Of a stretch of 48,521 nt of DNA, positions 8,320 to 18,738 are shown one piece after another. The stretch comes from Candidatus Thalassarchaeaceae archaeon (GTDB lineage: Archaea > Thermoplasmatota > Poseidoniia > Poseidoniales > Thalassarchaeaceae). How positions within the stretch are numbered: the stretch's first letter is position 1; each line of letters begins with the position of its first letter. Made by a program: the position numbers and the translations under genes. The stretch spans positions 1-48,521 of the forward strand of contig JASLKH010000056.1 of assembly GCA_030747675.1 (NCBI GenBank), in the 5' to 3' direction. The notes below the pieces were generated by a model. The model worked only from the letters and a program-made list of their open reading frames with translations, was not told the origin of the DNA and did not search any database.

Positions 8320-9594
8320 ATGCAACCCGCTCTTACCCCTCCCTCTGATGAGCCTTCTACTACTGAGGTACTTGCAAGTGAGGTGGATAAAACCCCTCAT
8401 CCCATCCCCCCTCACAGTTCTCAGTTTGGAGAACTTCCTCTCATACTACCACCAGTTAGAGCCATACCCCATGAAGTGGATGAAGAATCAGAAGAGTTAG
8501 TAGAGCAGCCGACTGATGACGATGACGATGACGACGACGAAACAATTTGGCCCATGGATTCAAACATACAAGAATTTGTAATTCATCAGGCAAAAGATGG
8601 AAATAAAACCAAATCAATACTTTTCGGAGATCACCAAATAACCAGTGTTACAGCAATTCGCACAATAGAAGGGGATGACTTAAAAATCCATTTTTCTATT
8701 GAAAGAGATGCGGTGATAGGGTTTCAACACGATGATTATTCATGGCCAAACCCCCTCTTTGCAACCACACTTATACTGGCTGTATTTTCATTTATTGCAT
8801 TCATTGTAACATATACATCCCCACTATCAATTATTATTGGCATAATTCTTTTCCTCGGCGCCCTAATCGGTCTAACAGCCACATATCCTGCTATGCATAG
8901 AATTAGATTATTTTCTAATTGTGGTAAGCACGAAATATGGTTCCAGGAAGGGAGTGCAAACCCCCACGTAATGCATACTACTTTGGCCCACATTGATGGC
9001 GCATTACTTTCTTTAATTTCTACAGGTGGCTTAGATCTTTCTACAGTAGATTTCGACAGTCCCCCTCCAGTAGTAACCCCTCAAATCATGGTCAATTCCC
9101 AACCACCTTCTCAAGTAACATACAACACCACTCAAAACATCCAAGATAGTGTCATTCAAGGCGATACTGGAACTACAACCATAGAAACTAATACTTCTCC
9201 CCAAGTACCGATAGAAGATATTCCGGCCCCCCCAAACTTTTCTGAAAATCCGGTAATAACACCACCAGAACCGGCACCAGTAGCACCACCTGAACCGGCA
9301 CCAGTAGCACCACCTATGCCTGCACCAGCTGCACCACCTATGCCTGCACCAGCTGCACCACCTATGCCTGCACCAGCTATGCCTGCACCAGCTGCACCAC
9401 CTATGCCTGCACCAGCTATGCCTGCACCAGCTGCACCAGCTATGCCTGCACCAGCCTTTTCCCCGAACCCATTAGATACAGATTTCTTTGCCGCCCCGAA
9501 AGAGTCACCAATAGTCCCAACAGCAGCAGCCCCACGCTCAGACTCCCTAAGCGAACTTGAGAAGGAAGATATTCTGAGTGATCTTGAGGACTGA
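8320..9594 (+). CDS. Hypothetical membrane protein with acidic N-terminus, two TM helices and a Pro/Ala-rich tail
   Basis: 424-aa ORF with a TM pair ([20 protein letters not shown] / [17 protein letters not shown]) and a PAMPAP low-complexity region. Confidence 0.75.
   Translation: MQPALTPPSDEPSTTEVLASEVDKTPHPIPPHSSQFGELPLILPPVRAIPHEVDEESEELVEQPTDDDDDDDDETIWPMDSNIQEFVIHQAKDGNKTKSILFGDHQITSVTAIRTIEGDDLKIHFSIERDAVIGFQHDDYSWPNPLFATTLILAVFSFIAFIVTYTSPLSIIIGIILFLGALIGLTATYPAMHRIRLFSNCGKHEIWFQEGSANPHVMHTTLAHIDGALLSLISTGGLDLSTVDFDSPPPVVTPQIMVNSQPPSQVTYNTTQNIQDSVIQGDTGTTTIETNTSPQVPIEDIPAPPNFSENPVITPPEPAPVAPPEPAPVAPPMPAPAAPPMPAPAAPPMPAPAMPAPAAPPMPAPAMPAPAAPAMPAPAFSPNPLDTDFFAAPKESPIVPTAAAPRSDSLSELEKEDILSDLED
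9262..9456 (+). repeat. Coding tandem repeat (PPEPAPVA x2, then mixed 24-bp and 15-bp PPMPAPAA / MPAPA units)
   Basis: Repeated CCTATGCCTGCACCAGCT(GCACCA) units read directly from the sequence. Confidence 0.9.
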
Positions 9595-12138
9595 TTAATC
9601 TTCAATCATATCACTTCGATTTACCATTGCCGAAGGTAATCGAACTGCCATTTCCAACTTGTTTACAACCGCCGTTAAACCCTCTAAGTCATTGATAGAG
9701 GGGAGAGGAAAAACATCTTTTTCCATAGGTATGGGTGCACCCAGACTTGGAGTTTCTGCTAACTTTTTTGCCAACTCAAAAGCATCTTTAAGCATCCCCT
9801 GTCCACTTGAAAGATGTCTATTTGTCAACCGTTCAATAATCCATTTATGAAGAACCTTTGAAATTCCTTCAAGCCGTGGAAACAACACATCTTGTACAAT
9901 CTTTTCAGACCGCGCAACAATTGATGAAATCCTCAATAACCTTTGTACACGAATATCCAATGGCTTTTCTTGGTAGTATGATAGAACCGATATAAAATCC
10001 TCAATACCAAACATTTGTGAAAACCTTTCATTATCCAACTCTGGAACATCAGAACTCACTTCAATGTCAGTAACAACATTTTCTTCAAAATCTTCCCCAT
10101 TATGGTTGTAGCCTTCATCATCCTTGAAATTAGGTAACACCCCTTCAATTTCCTTTTTTGTAAGGAACTTAGATCGGGGTTCAGACTCGTTTTCTCTCCC
10201 TCCAAATCGCTCCTCAACAACCTTCGCCACAGGCCTTCGTTTTGGTAACACGTTTTCGATTTTCGGTATTAAAATAGGCAAACGGCGCTTTAGTACAGCC
10301 CTTGCAGGTGTGGGAACAAATGGTTCAAATCCACCACCATCACCCTCAGGAAGGCTAGCCAATCTATGGACAATATGGTGCAAATCTTCATCTAAACCAA
10401 TTAACGCCTCGGGCCTTTGCAAATCGAATAAAACACGTTCTGCGAGATCAGAATCTCGATTCCATGGTAGCCGCTTAAATTTCTCTACTCTAGCCGATTG
10501 CCCCTCCATCGCCTTTCGAATAAGGGGCAAATCTAAACCCAATTGAACGGGATCACTTGCAAGTAAAACCCTCAATCCATCAACAATCCACCCATCATCA
10601 CTCCATGAATCCAATTCATCCTCAAAACTCCGAGTGACTTTATCAAGCAACTGCGCTGCATCATATCCCGACCCAAACTCTAAAACCAATGCTTCGTATT
10701 TAGCTAAATTTACTTCTTCAGAATTTATCTCAGATAGCCAAAGGCCCCCGAGATCATCCCGAGCTTTATCCAAATATTCTCTATGTAAACGCACCCTTTC
10801 CGCTGCAATTTTGTACCAAGTAGTGGCACCACCAATATCCTCCACTCCCACTTGAGAACCCCTCAACACATCTAACCAATTTTGGACCTCATTAGATCCT
10901 TGAACTGAAGTATCTAACGATTCTAATTTTTCAATCAACGGAAGCACTAAATCAATTATTTTTTGATGTATTATCAATTCTTCTAAAATGCCTCGAGGCT
11001 CTTTTTCAACCAGACCAATCCATGCACTGATATCTATTCCATACTGTGTCCACACCGCTAAGCGGGAATGACATTCCGATATCGTTCCTTCAGTTTTTGA
11101 CTCTAAGCCTTGGCGAAGCACATCTAGTGATTCAATAGCATTCAGGTGCCCCTTCGTTCTTTCTGCTAATTGTCGATATTCTGGCCATTGTATGAGTTGA
11201 ACATCAATAAGGCTCCATATTGCCATAATTTTCTCAATTTTGTTGCTAATTTCTGGTAATTCCATTTCCCATTTGAGTAATTCTCCTGGTAGCAAAGGTA
11301 TGGATGCATTAATTTTGAAACCTTCTAAACCCCACTGGGCAATCCTCCCTTCAACTTTCAACAACCGCTCAGATAAACTAGTAGAGACCCTATCAATCTC
11401 ATTTTTCAAATCCAATAAACGCCCTTCATTTACATCATGTTGGGCAAGTCCAGCAGCATGCCAAAACTTCTCGGCCAATGAATGATCAAACGGTCTAATA
11501 TCAACTTCAATTTGCCGCTGTATTAATACTAGTAAAGAATCCATTTTATGTAAAAAATTAGCACGGGAAAAACGATCATGCAATGCCCCTGACTGTAATT
11601 TAGTAACATCCCATCCCCTATTTTCTAGCATTGAAATCATTCCATCAATAGCCCCCATTCTCTTTTCCAACCGCAAATCTAACTCATCTAACACAGGTCC
11701 TATTTTTCGCCATGGAGCCACATTTTCAATTAATTCTGTTATTCGGGGTGCAGATAATAGCAACACATCATCAATTAAATCCAACCGACTCATCAAGCGT
11801 TGCAATTCAACCGATCGCCCTTCATCCGACCATTTCATCCGACATTTTTCCGCCACTAGTATCCATGGGCGATTTTGTCGTAGAAATTTACGAAACTCCA
11901 AATCAACAGAATTCACATTATCGGGGTTTTTCAATTTATCAAGAAAAATATCACGTTGATCGGACCATTGAGGGGGCAATTCAAGAATTTTAACCCGCAA
12001 CTCAGCAGCACGGTCTGCCAAAGATTCTAGTTGAATCATACGCTGACTAGCAAACTCACCTTCTGGGTTTAGGACAACAAAACCCCTGTTTTTTAAAGCA
12101 TCCACACGCTTTTGAAATGACACAACTCCACCCCCCAA
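9595..12138 (-). CDS. Large all-helical / coiled-coil hypothetical protein
   Basis: 847-aa ORF rich in Leu, Glu and Trp with no catalytic motif recognised. Recurrent L..W...GF/GW.V motifs. Exact start uncertain. Confidence 0.75.
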   Translation of the reverse strand: MGGGVVSFQKRVDALKNRGFVVLNPEGEFASQRMIQLESLADRAAELRVKILELPPQWSDQRDIFLDKLKNPDNVNSVDLEFRKFLRQNRPWILVAEKCRMKWSDEGRSVELQRLMSRLDLIDDVLLLSAPRITELIENVAPWRKIGPVLDELDLRLEKRMGAIDGMISMLENRGWDVTKLQSGALHDRFSRANFLHKMDSLLVLIQRQIEVDIRPFDHSLAEKFWHAAGLAQHDVNEGRLLDLKNEIDRVSTSLSERLLKVEGRIAQWGLEGFKINASIPLLPGELLKWEMELPEISNKIEKIMAIWSLIDVQLIQWPEYRQLAERTKGHLNAIESLDVLRQGLESKTEGTISECHSRLAVWTQYGIDISAWIGLVEKEPRGILEELIIHQKIIDLVLPLIEKLESLDTSVQGSNEVQNWLDVLRGSQVGVEDIGGATTWYKIAAERVRLHREYLDKARDDLGGLWLSEINSEEVNLAKYEALVLEFGSGYDAAQLLDKVTRSFEDELDSWSDDGWIVDGLRVLLASDPVQLGLDLPLIRKAMEGQSARVEKFKRLPWNRDSDLAERVLFDLQRPEALIGLDEDLHHIVHRLASLPEGDGGGFEPFVPTPARAVLKRRLPILIPKIENVLPKRRPVAKVVEERFGGRENESEPRSKFLTKKEIEGVLPNFKDDEGYNHNGEDFEENVVTDIEVSSDVPELDNERFSQMFGIEDFISVLSYYQEKPLDIRVQRLLRISSIVARSEKIVQDVLFPRLEGISKVLHKWIIERLTNRHLSSGQGMLKDAFELAKKLAETPSLGAPIPMEKDVFPLPSINDLEGLTAVVNKLEMAVRLPSAMVNRSDMIED

Positions 12139-12281
12139 CGCCTCGCCCCACTACCCGCACAACACCTTCGGCACTTCAATCCACACATTATTAACGGCTC
12201 TTTGGAAAAGGTCTCAAAACCGTTCTTCCACCCCTTAAGGGGTGCGAACCACTCAAAAGGTACAGGAGCCGGCTGGGGCCG

Positions 12282-14996
12282 ATGGACCCCGTATTAATTG
12301 GATTGACACTATTCTTTTCAACAGCAACCGGCGCCGTAATTTGGTGGCTTGTACAAGCAGAGGTAGGTCTCCGCCGTCTTCGAGAAGATCTTGAATCGGC
12401 ACACTCTGAAACCTGTACATCCCTCAAGGTGTTAAATTCGAGAACTTCTGACCTTGCCGATAGTGCATTGGCACTTCAACGCGCATATCCCGGACTTTCG
12501 GGGGTCATTGATGCACACCGAACCCTTGACAGACTCCAATCAACTTTGTCAGGAGCAGGCGAAGCAGAAGAAGTCCGAACTGCTGCGACAGCCGCTTTAT
12601 CCACCGTTAGAAGCCTCTTGGCCTCCCGCACCGGACCTGCAGATTTAGAATCCCCAACTTCAGCAGATCAAGGCCTCTTACAATTAGTCACAAGAATAAT
12701 TCAAACATTAGATCAACTGGAACTATCTGCTGCTGATTTGGGATTATCGGGATTAGAATCTCGTAGGTTTGGTGAAGTAGCATTCTTATCAGGAGATAGA
12801 AAGTGGGCACTATCATGTTATCAAGAATCAGCAAGACTTGTTCCTAGAGACACAGCAACTCTTCGTAGCCTGTGCCGATTAGCGCGCGAATCGGGCGATG
12901 AAACCCAATTAAGAGATAGACTTGAAAACTTACTCACAGTAACACCCGACGAACCCCAATTATTGAGAGAGCACGCTAGAATATTGACAAAAATGGGAGA
13001 TCTCTCCGCTGAAAAGGATTTGCGACGTCTCGAAGCCATGGGCGTCCAAAATGCAGAAGACAAGTCAATGCTAGCTAATTTAGCAGTACGAGCTGGCGAT
13101 TCAGATGTTGCTTTAGAATCAATTGAAGCAGCAATAGCAGACAATCCAACTGGTGAAGATTGGCTACGTAAAGCCAAGATACATTTGGAAAGAAATGAGC
13201 GAGGCCTAGGTATCACCGCCGTTGATGAGGCGATTGCACTGAATCGCCAATCAGGCGAAGCATGGGCAGTTAGATCTCAACTTTTATTGGGCGAAGCAGG
13301 TAGAATTGAGGAGGCATTGAAAGCATGTATTCATGCAGTTGCACTAGGTGAACCATTAGAACTACTCAAAGCAGAACTGTTGGAGCGTTTGGACCGCACA
13401 AGTGAAGCACACGAATCTCTAACATCATCATTAACTAAAAACCCAGGAAATGCAAATGTACGGGCCCAATTGGCATTAATGCGCCACCAATCTGGAAATG
13501 TTGAGGGTGCATTTGAGTTACTTGCAGATGCCCCAGCAGAAGCATGGAAAACATCCCCATTACACATCCAAAAAGGCAGACTTATCCTTCAAGAAGCAGA
13601 TAGATGTAGGGATGGAACAGGTGAAAGAGACCAGGAATTACTATCAGAGGCAGACATCTGTTTCGATGCCGCATTGTCTATTGATAGAGAAAATGGTATT
13701 GCTTGGTTAGGAAAGGCACGCATACAACGAATGTTGGGGGATTTACCAGAAGCACAAATTTCACTTGCTAGGGCACGTAGATTATTGCCTAACGAACCAC
13801 TTATTGCTGCAGAAGAAGCACTTTTGGCTTTGGATGGGAATGATGTTGAAGCAGCGGGCCGCCTAATTTCAGAAGCCCATGTGCTTGAACGAGATTCCGA
13901 CGTGATTGACTATGTGAAAGGGGTTGTAGCTGCCCGCCGAGGCGAGTTCGAAGAAGCGAGACGCCTTTTTGATACAGTGCTGAGAGCAAACCCAAATCAT
14001 GTCAGGGCGAGATTAAATCGCTGCTCTACTCTGATGCTCCAACAAGATTACCACACTGCTCTAGATGATGTCGAAGCACTACTTACAGCTCACCCAAATT
14101 TGGACCTAGCACGACTTAAGCGTGGAGAAATAATGATGGCTTTGGGTGAATTTGTCGAAGCAGAAGGAGAATTTAGAGATATATTGTCCAGACGTAAATC
14201 TAACCCATATGCATTAACTCAATTGGGAGCCAGCCTCATCGCCCAGGAAAGACTCACTGAGGCAGAACAACCGCTCAACGAAACAATCCGACTCGATCCA
14301 ACGGGTGCAGAGGGATGGTATCAGCGGGGCCTTCTTTACCTAGAATTTGGCCAAATTGAAAGCGCCCTTTCAGACTTTGATACAGCAGCATCACGCGATA
14401 AATTTCACATGAATGCTTTATTACGAATTGCTGCAATACACCACGAAAGCAAACATTGGGAACAAGCAGAGGAGGCATGGAGAAATGTGCTTAATGTTGA
14501 ACCAGATAATCGCATTGCTAGACGCCGAATACAAGATGCATTTGATGGACAAACTGAGGTAAAAAAGGTGGCAGTACTTTCATCGATCAGTGGTACTGCC
14601 ATTGGAGAACTTGAAATGCCAACACAAGAACTTGAAATGCCAACACAAGAACTTGAAATGCCAACACAAGAACTTGAAATGCCAACACAAGAACTTGCTG
14701 ATAAGCCCAGGGGGACAGCAATGGATTGGGTGGATGAAATTGAAGCATACATTAAGAAACACGGAGGAGTTGTCAATCAGGATTTCAAACGACTGGGACT
14801 GATCCCAAACGATATTACCTCTGGAGAACGAGCCCGTTTGAATGAAGAATTAGCAGATTGCTTCACAAAACACAAAGTGAATAATTTCCGCATATTCTAC
14901 TGTTCACCTAGTATCATTGAGCCCAATGAAGTTCAAGCCCAATATGAAAAAAATGTGGAACAAGAAGATTTTGAATTTGGATTTGGCACACTTTGA
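12282..14996 (+). CDS. Membrane-anchored TPR-repeat protein
   Basis: N-terminal TM (VLIGLTLFFSTATGAVIWWLV) followed by many 34-aa TPR units, e.g. AWLGKARIQRMLGDLPEAQISLARARRLLPN and GWYQRGLLYLEFGQIESALSDFDTAASRD. Confidence 0.88.
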   Translation: MDPVLIGLTLFFSTATGAVIWWLVQAEVGLRRLREDLESAHSETCTSLKVLNSRTSDLADSALALQRAYPGLSGVIDAHRTLDRLQSTLSGAGEAEEVRTAATAALSTVRSLLASRTGPADLESPTSADQGLLQLVTRIIQTLDQLELSAADLGLSGLESRRFGEVAFLSGDRKWALSCYQESARLVPRDTATLRSLCRLARESGDETQLRDRLENLLTVTPDEPQLLREHARILTKMGDLSAEKDLRRLEAMGVQNAEDKSMLANLAVRAGDSDVALESIEAAIADNPTGEDWLRKAKIHLERNERGLGITAVDEAIALNRQSGEAWAVRSQLLLGEAGRIEEALKACIHAVALGEPLELLKAELLERLDRTSEAHESLTSSLTKNPGNANVRAQLALMRHQSGNVEGAFELLADAPAEAWKTSPLHIQKGRLILQEADRCRDGTGERDQELLSEADICFDAALSIDRENGIAWLGKARIQRMLGDLPEAQISLARARRLLPNEPLIAAEEALLALDGNDVEAAGRLISEAHVLERDSDVIDYVKGVVAARRGEFEEARRLFDTVLRANPNHVRARLNRCSTLMLQQDYHTALDDVEALLTAHPNLDLARLKRGEIMMALGEFVEAEGEFRDILSRRKSNPYALTQLGASLIAQERLTEAEQPLNETIRLDPTGAEGWYQRGLLYLEFGQIESALSDFDTAASRDKFHMNALLRIAAIHHESKHWEQAEEAWRNVLNVEPDNRIARRRIQDAFDGQTEVKKVAVLSSISGTAIGELEMPTQELEMPTQELEMPTQELEMPTQELADKPRGTAMDWVDEIEAYIKKHGGVVNQDFKRLGLIPNDITSGERARLNEELADCFTKHKVNNFRIFYCSPSIIEPNEVQAQYEKNVEQEDFEFGFGTL
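14607..14697 (+). repeat. Perfect 21-bp tandem repeat x4 plus a 7-bp partial copy (ELEMPTQ)
   Basis: GAACTTGAAATGCCAACACAA at 14607, 14628, 14649 and 14670, partial copy at 14691. No spacers. Confidence 0.95.
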
Positions 14997-15038
14997 CTTT
15001 GGGTGAAGTTCAAGCAACGTATCGCACCGCCCACACCC

Positions 15039-15584
15039 ATGAGCCGAGGATTTGAGCCCGGAGACAAAGTTTCATCATTTGAATTACCAAACGCCAACTC
15101 TCAAGTAATTCAAGCCACAATTTCGTTAGAGAGTATAGTTACAGATGTAGGGGCAATCATTGTTTTCACTTGCAACCATTGCCCGTATGTGATTGGAAAC
15201 GAATCGAGAATTGAATCCATCGCTCACAAAGCACGATTAAATGGAATCGGTTTTGTTGGAATAAACTCGAACGATCCAATCAACTACCCCACAGATAATT
15301 GGGATTCAATGACAATTAGAGCAGAGAAAATGTCGTATGCGTATTTACACGACGCAAGTCAACAAATAGCAAAAAACTGGGGGGCAGAAAGAACCCCTGA
15401 GTTTTATCTCATAGACCATAACAACATTTTACGATATAGGGGGCGACTAGACGACTCACCGAAGGACCCATCATTAGCTACAACTAATGAATTGAATGAT
15501 GCAATAGATGCCATACTAAATGGGGAAACACCCAGTGTTCAACGCACGGACAGCATCGGGTGTTCCGTGAAGTGGAAGGTGTAA
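15039..15584 (+). CDS. Thioredoxin-fold redoxin (AhpC/TSA family)
   Basis: FTCNHCPYV CxxC motif, GINSND, YLHDASQ...GAERTPEF, YRGRLDD, SIGCSVKW. ATG at 15039 preferred. Confidence 0.9.
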   Translation: MSRGFEPGDKVSSFELPNANSQVIQATISLESIVTDVGAIIVFTCNHCPYVIGNESRIESIAHKARLNGIGFVGINSNDPINYPTDNWDSMTIRAEKMSYAYLHDASQQIAKNWGAERTPEFYLIDHNNILRYRGRLDDSPKDPSLATTNELNDAIDAILNGETPSVQRTDSIGCSVKWKV

Positions 15585-16402
15585 TTTTGCGCCTGGGATT
15601 ACCCGCCCGCATCTTTGCCACCATGCTTAAATTGCTACCAGGTCGTATTGGTGACCGTATGTGGCGGTGGTGGTATCAACGTCTAGCCAAAGCCAAAGCA
15701 TGGGGTGAATTTGGCTTCATGAATTATGGCTACATCGATGACCACCCCCCATACCTTTCCTCTGAAGATGAATCCGACCGCTTATTCATTCAATTGTACC
15801 ACATGAACATCCGTGATGTTGAATTGGATGAAAAGCAAGTCCTTGAAGTCGGCTCAGGTAGGGGCGGAGGTGCACATTGGATCGCTCGAACCTACACCCC
15901 AGGATCACTGGTTGCATTGGATTATTCTGCTGCTGCTGTCAAATTGTGCTCAAGGATGTATGGGCGGCAGGAGAATCTAAGTTTCATAGAAGGAAATGCG
16001 ATGAAGTTGCCTTTTGAAGAAAATTCATTCGATGTCGTGTACAATGTAGAGTCCAGTCATTGTTACAGCGATATGGACGCATTCATCGATGAAGCCTATC
16101 GGGTATTGAAACCTGGTGGCTATTTTGCTTGGACAGATTTCCGTGACGCAAAAACAATCCAACAAATTCAAAAATCATTTTCTTCATCCAACTTTGAAGT
16201 TATCAAGGACATCAACATCACCAAAGAGGTTCTCGCAGCCTTAGATGAGATTAGTGATGATAAACAAGCACGCATTGAGAAAGGCACAGGACGCATCATA
16301 CGCCGTAGTTTTGAGACATTCGCTGGTGTACGTGGGACACCAGTTTATGACGCATTCACCAAGGGTGAATTGGGCTATTACAGATACCTTCTCAAGAAAT
16401 AA
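15560..16402 (+). CDS. Class I SAM-dependent methyltransferase (phthiotriol / fatty-acid O-methyltransferase-like)
   Basis: FMNYGY, QLYH, VLEVGSGRGGG, GNAMKLPF, NVESSHCY, RVLKPGG. Start uncertain (GTG 15560 or ATG 15623). Confidence 0.85.
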   Translation: MFREVEGVILRLGLPARIFATMLKLLPGRIGDRMWRWWYQRLAKAKAWGEFGFMNYGYIDDHPPYLSSEDESDRLFIQLYHMNIRDVELDEKQVLEVGSGRGGGAHWIARTYTPGSLVALDYSAAAVKLCSRMYGRQENLSFIEGNAMKLPFEENSFDVVYNVESSHCYSDMDAFIDEAYRVLKPGGYFAWTDFRDAKTIQQIQKSFSSSNFEVIKDINITKEVLAALDEISDDKQARIEKGTGRIIRRSFETFAGVRGTPVYDAFTKGELGYYRYLLKK

Positions 16403-16828
16403 TCAATATTGCTCAAGCACCAGTTCGGTCGTTGTACTTGCGATTTCAGCTGGTGCAGCCAACCACATTCGATCTAACAACTCCCGTAATTTTACTGTGT
16501 CATCAACATGTACAACTGCAACAAGATCTGCATCACCACTAATTTCGTAAACACATTCTACACCATCCCAATTTGAAAACTCACCCGCCAAGGAACCAAT
16601 CTCAGCACCAGGCCCAACTTTCATACGCACTAATGCAGTTAATCCAATACCAGTTTCGCGAATTGTATATCCTCTAATAATCCCAATTTCTTCTAACCGA
16701 CGAACACGATTCCGAATCGTCCGTTCGGACACACCCACTACTTTTGCTAACTCAACAAATGATTGTCTACTGTTATTTCTTAATGCTGTCAAAATTGACC
16801 GATCTGTCTCATCCACGCCCGCCATCAC
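16403..16828 (-). CDS. Lrp/AsnC family transcriptional regulator
   Basis: VDETDRSILTALRNNSRQSFVELAKVVGVSERTIRNRVRRLEEIGII HTH plus a C-terminal RAM domain (VYEISGDADL). Confidence 0.93.
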   Translation of the reverse strand: MMAGVDETDRSILTALRNNSRQSFVELAKVVGVSERTIRNRVRRLEEIGIIRGYTIRETGIGLTALVRMKVGPGAEIGSLAGEFSNWDGVECVYEISGDADLVAVVHVDDTVKLRELLDRMWLAAPAEIASTTTELVLEQY

Positions 16829-16957
16829 TACGCCCGAGGGTTATCCAGTTATGAACCTCTCTATACAAAAAAACAACCCCATCCAGGTAAATTATTTCCA
16901 GAACACGGAAATTTTTTTTTAATTTCAAAGATAATAGCAAAAGCGTTCCATTCAAAG

Positions 16958-17416
16958 GTGACGGACTTGTCGAGAGGACTGATGACTCACCCTGCAGCAG
17001 TCACAGATTTACGTTTCCAGGAATTTTTGGATAGCGTTTCATCACTTTCATTGAAGAATGGTGAGAAAGATTGGTACAATATTGAAGTCACTGCTGCAAT
17101 AGATGGTTGTAGTATTTTAGGGCATGAAGTAGATCCTCATTCTGGCTCATCTCTAATTTTTTTGAAAAATAGTTTGATGCTCTGTGTCCCATCTAAAGGT
17201 CACCTTGCACACTATCCTCGACATTTAGTCCATTGTTTCGTTGACGATTTCCGCCGAAACGGAAAGGAAGAAAACGGGATGGTAATGAGGGCTGAATTGT
17301 TTAGCATATCGCCTAGCGAAGAACAACTCGCATGGGAAAAGAAGTGTTTTTCAGAACACGAAGTCCCTACAATCCAAGCCAGCGTATCAAGATGGCTTAG
17401 ATGGCTGAATGAATAA
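16958..17416 (+). CDS. Hypothetical protein
   Basis: 152-aa ORF divergent from Lrp and upstream of eno. No motif recognised. Confidence 0.6.
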   Translation: MTDLSRGLMTHPAAVTDLRFQEFLDSVSSLSLKNGEKDWYNIEVTAAIDGCSILGHEVDPHSGSSLIFLKNSLMLCVPSKGHLAHYPRHLVHCFVDDFRRNGKEENGMVMRAELFSISPSEEQLAWEKKCFSEHEVPTIQASVSRWLRWLNE

Positions 17417-17484
17417 TTCCGACCTACCCCCTCCGTCGGCACATTGACAGACGGGCCACACTTCGAAGCAATAGAGGGTGCACA

Positions 17485-18738
17485 GTGTCACATTACATCA
17501 GTGGTCTCGAAGCTAGAATGATTCTTGACAGTCGTGGCAACCCAACAGTAGAGGTCGATTGTTACGTAGACGGCTCTCTTAGAGGCCGCGCAGCGGTACC
17601 CAGTGGAGCTAGTACAGGCAGTCACGAGGCAGTTGAACTTCGAGATGGCGACATGGCCCGTTGGATGGGTAAAGGAGTCGAGCACGCAGTAACGAATGTA
17701 GTTGAACGAATTCAGGATGCACTTGTTGGGTTACCGGTCGATAACCAAAGGGTGATCGACGAAGTCATGATAGAAATGGATGAATCCGGTAACAAGGCAA
17801 ACTTAGGAGCAAATGCAACACTAGGTACTAGCCTATCTTGTCTTCATGCCGCCTCAAATGTACATCAATTACCACTGTGGAGATACTTGGGCGGTATATC
17901 AGGAGGAAGTTTACCAGTTCCAATGATGAATATCCTCAACGGTGGTGCACACGCATCTTCAAATGTTGATGTCCAAGAATTTATGGTAATCCCCCATGGG
18001 TTCGACCATTTCCCCGAAGCTCTCCGTGCAGGTGTTGAAACATATCATTCATTAAAAGCCGTTCTCAAAGAAAAAAATCTCCTTGGTGGCGTCGGCGACG
18101 AGGGAGGATTCGCTCCAAACCTTCCTAAAAATGAGGAAGGATTGACACTACTCGTTCAAGCGATTGAACGCGCAGGATATTCACCGGGTGACCAAATGTC
18201 AATCGCTCTCGATGTTGCCGCGCAAGAATTTCATCATTCAGATGGATACCATATCGATGGCCGTATAATCAATGGTGAAGAGTTGGGTGAAATGTATTCT
18301 GGCTGGCTCGATCAATATCCGATTGTATCAATGGAAGATGCTTTTGGAGAGGATGATTGGGCTAGCTGGTCTAGATTCACAAAAACCGAAGGCCATCGAG
18401 TCCAGGTTGTTGGAGACGACCTCTTCGTGACCAACATTAATCGGTTGGCCAAAGGTATTGACATTAGTGCTGCTAACGCAATCCTGATCAAACCAAATCA
18501 AATTGGAACGGTTACAGAGACCCTTGAATGTATTGAGATGGCCAAAGAACATGGATTTGGCACAGTAATCTCTCATAGATCCGGTGAAACTAGTGATGAT
18601 ACAATTGCAGACATTGCCGTGGGAACCCGAGCGGGCCAAATCAAAACAGGAGCCCCCGCAAGAAGCGATCGTACAGCAAAGTACAATCAACTGCTTCGAA
18701 TATCAGAAGAATGTGAAGAATATGGAAGAATTTATTGA
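17485..18738 (+). CDS. eno: Enolase (phosphopyruvate hydratase)
   Basis: ILDSRGNPTVEV, VPSGASTG, GDEGGFAP, VVGDDLFVTN, LIKPNQIGT, SHRSGET, QIKTGAPARSDRTAKYNQL. Confidence 0.98.
   Translation: MSHYISGLEARMILDSRGNPTVEVDCYVDGSLRGRAAVPSGASTGSHEAVELRDGDMARWMGKGVEHAVTNVVERIQDALVGLPVDNQRVIDEVMIEMDESGNKANLGANATLGTSLSCLHAASNVHQLPLWRYLGGISGGSLPVPMMNILNGGAHASSNVDVQEFMVIPHGFDHFPEALRAGVETYHSLKAVLKEKNLLGGVGDEGGFAPNLPKNEEGLTLLVQAIERAGYSPGDQMSIALDVAAQEFHHSDGYHIDGRIINGEELGEMYSGWLDQYPIVSMEDAFGEDDWASWSRFTKTEGHRVQVVGDDLFVTNINRLAKGIDISAANAILIKPNQIGTVTETLECIEMAKEHGFGTVISHRSGETSDDTIADIAVGTRAGQIKTGAPARSDRTAKYNQLLRISEECEEYGRIY

Noticed and set aside
9156-9605. Gly/Ala-rich minus-strand ORF (collagen- or silk-like appearance)
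   Set aside because: It is the antisense shadow of the Pro-rich repeat in the 8320-9594 gene.
14607-14697. 21-bp repeats as a CRISPR array
   Set aside because: The copies are directly adjacent with no spacers, are in frame within a CDS, and no cas genes are present.
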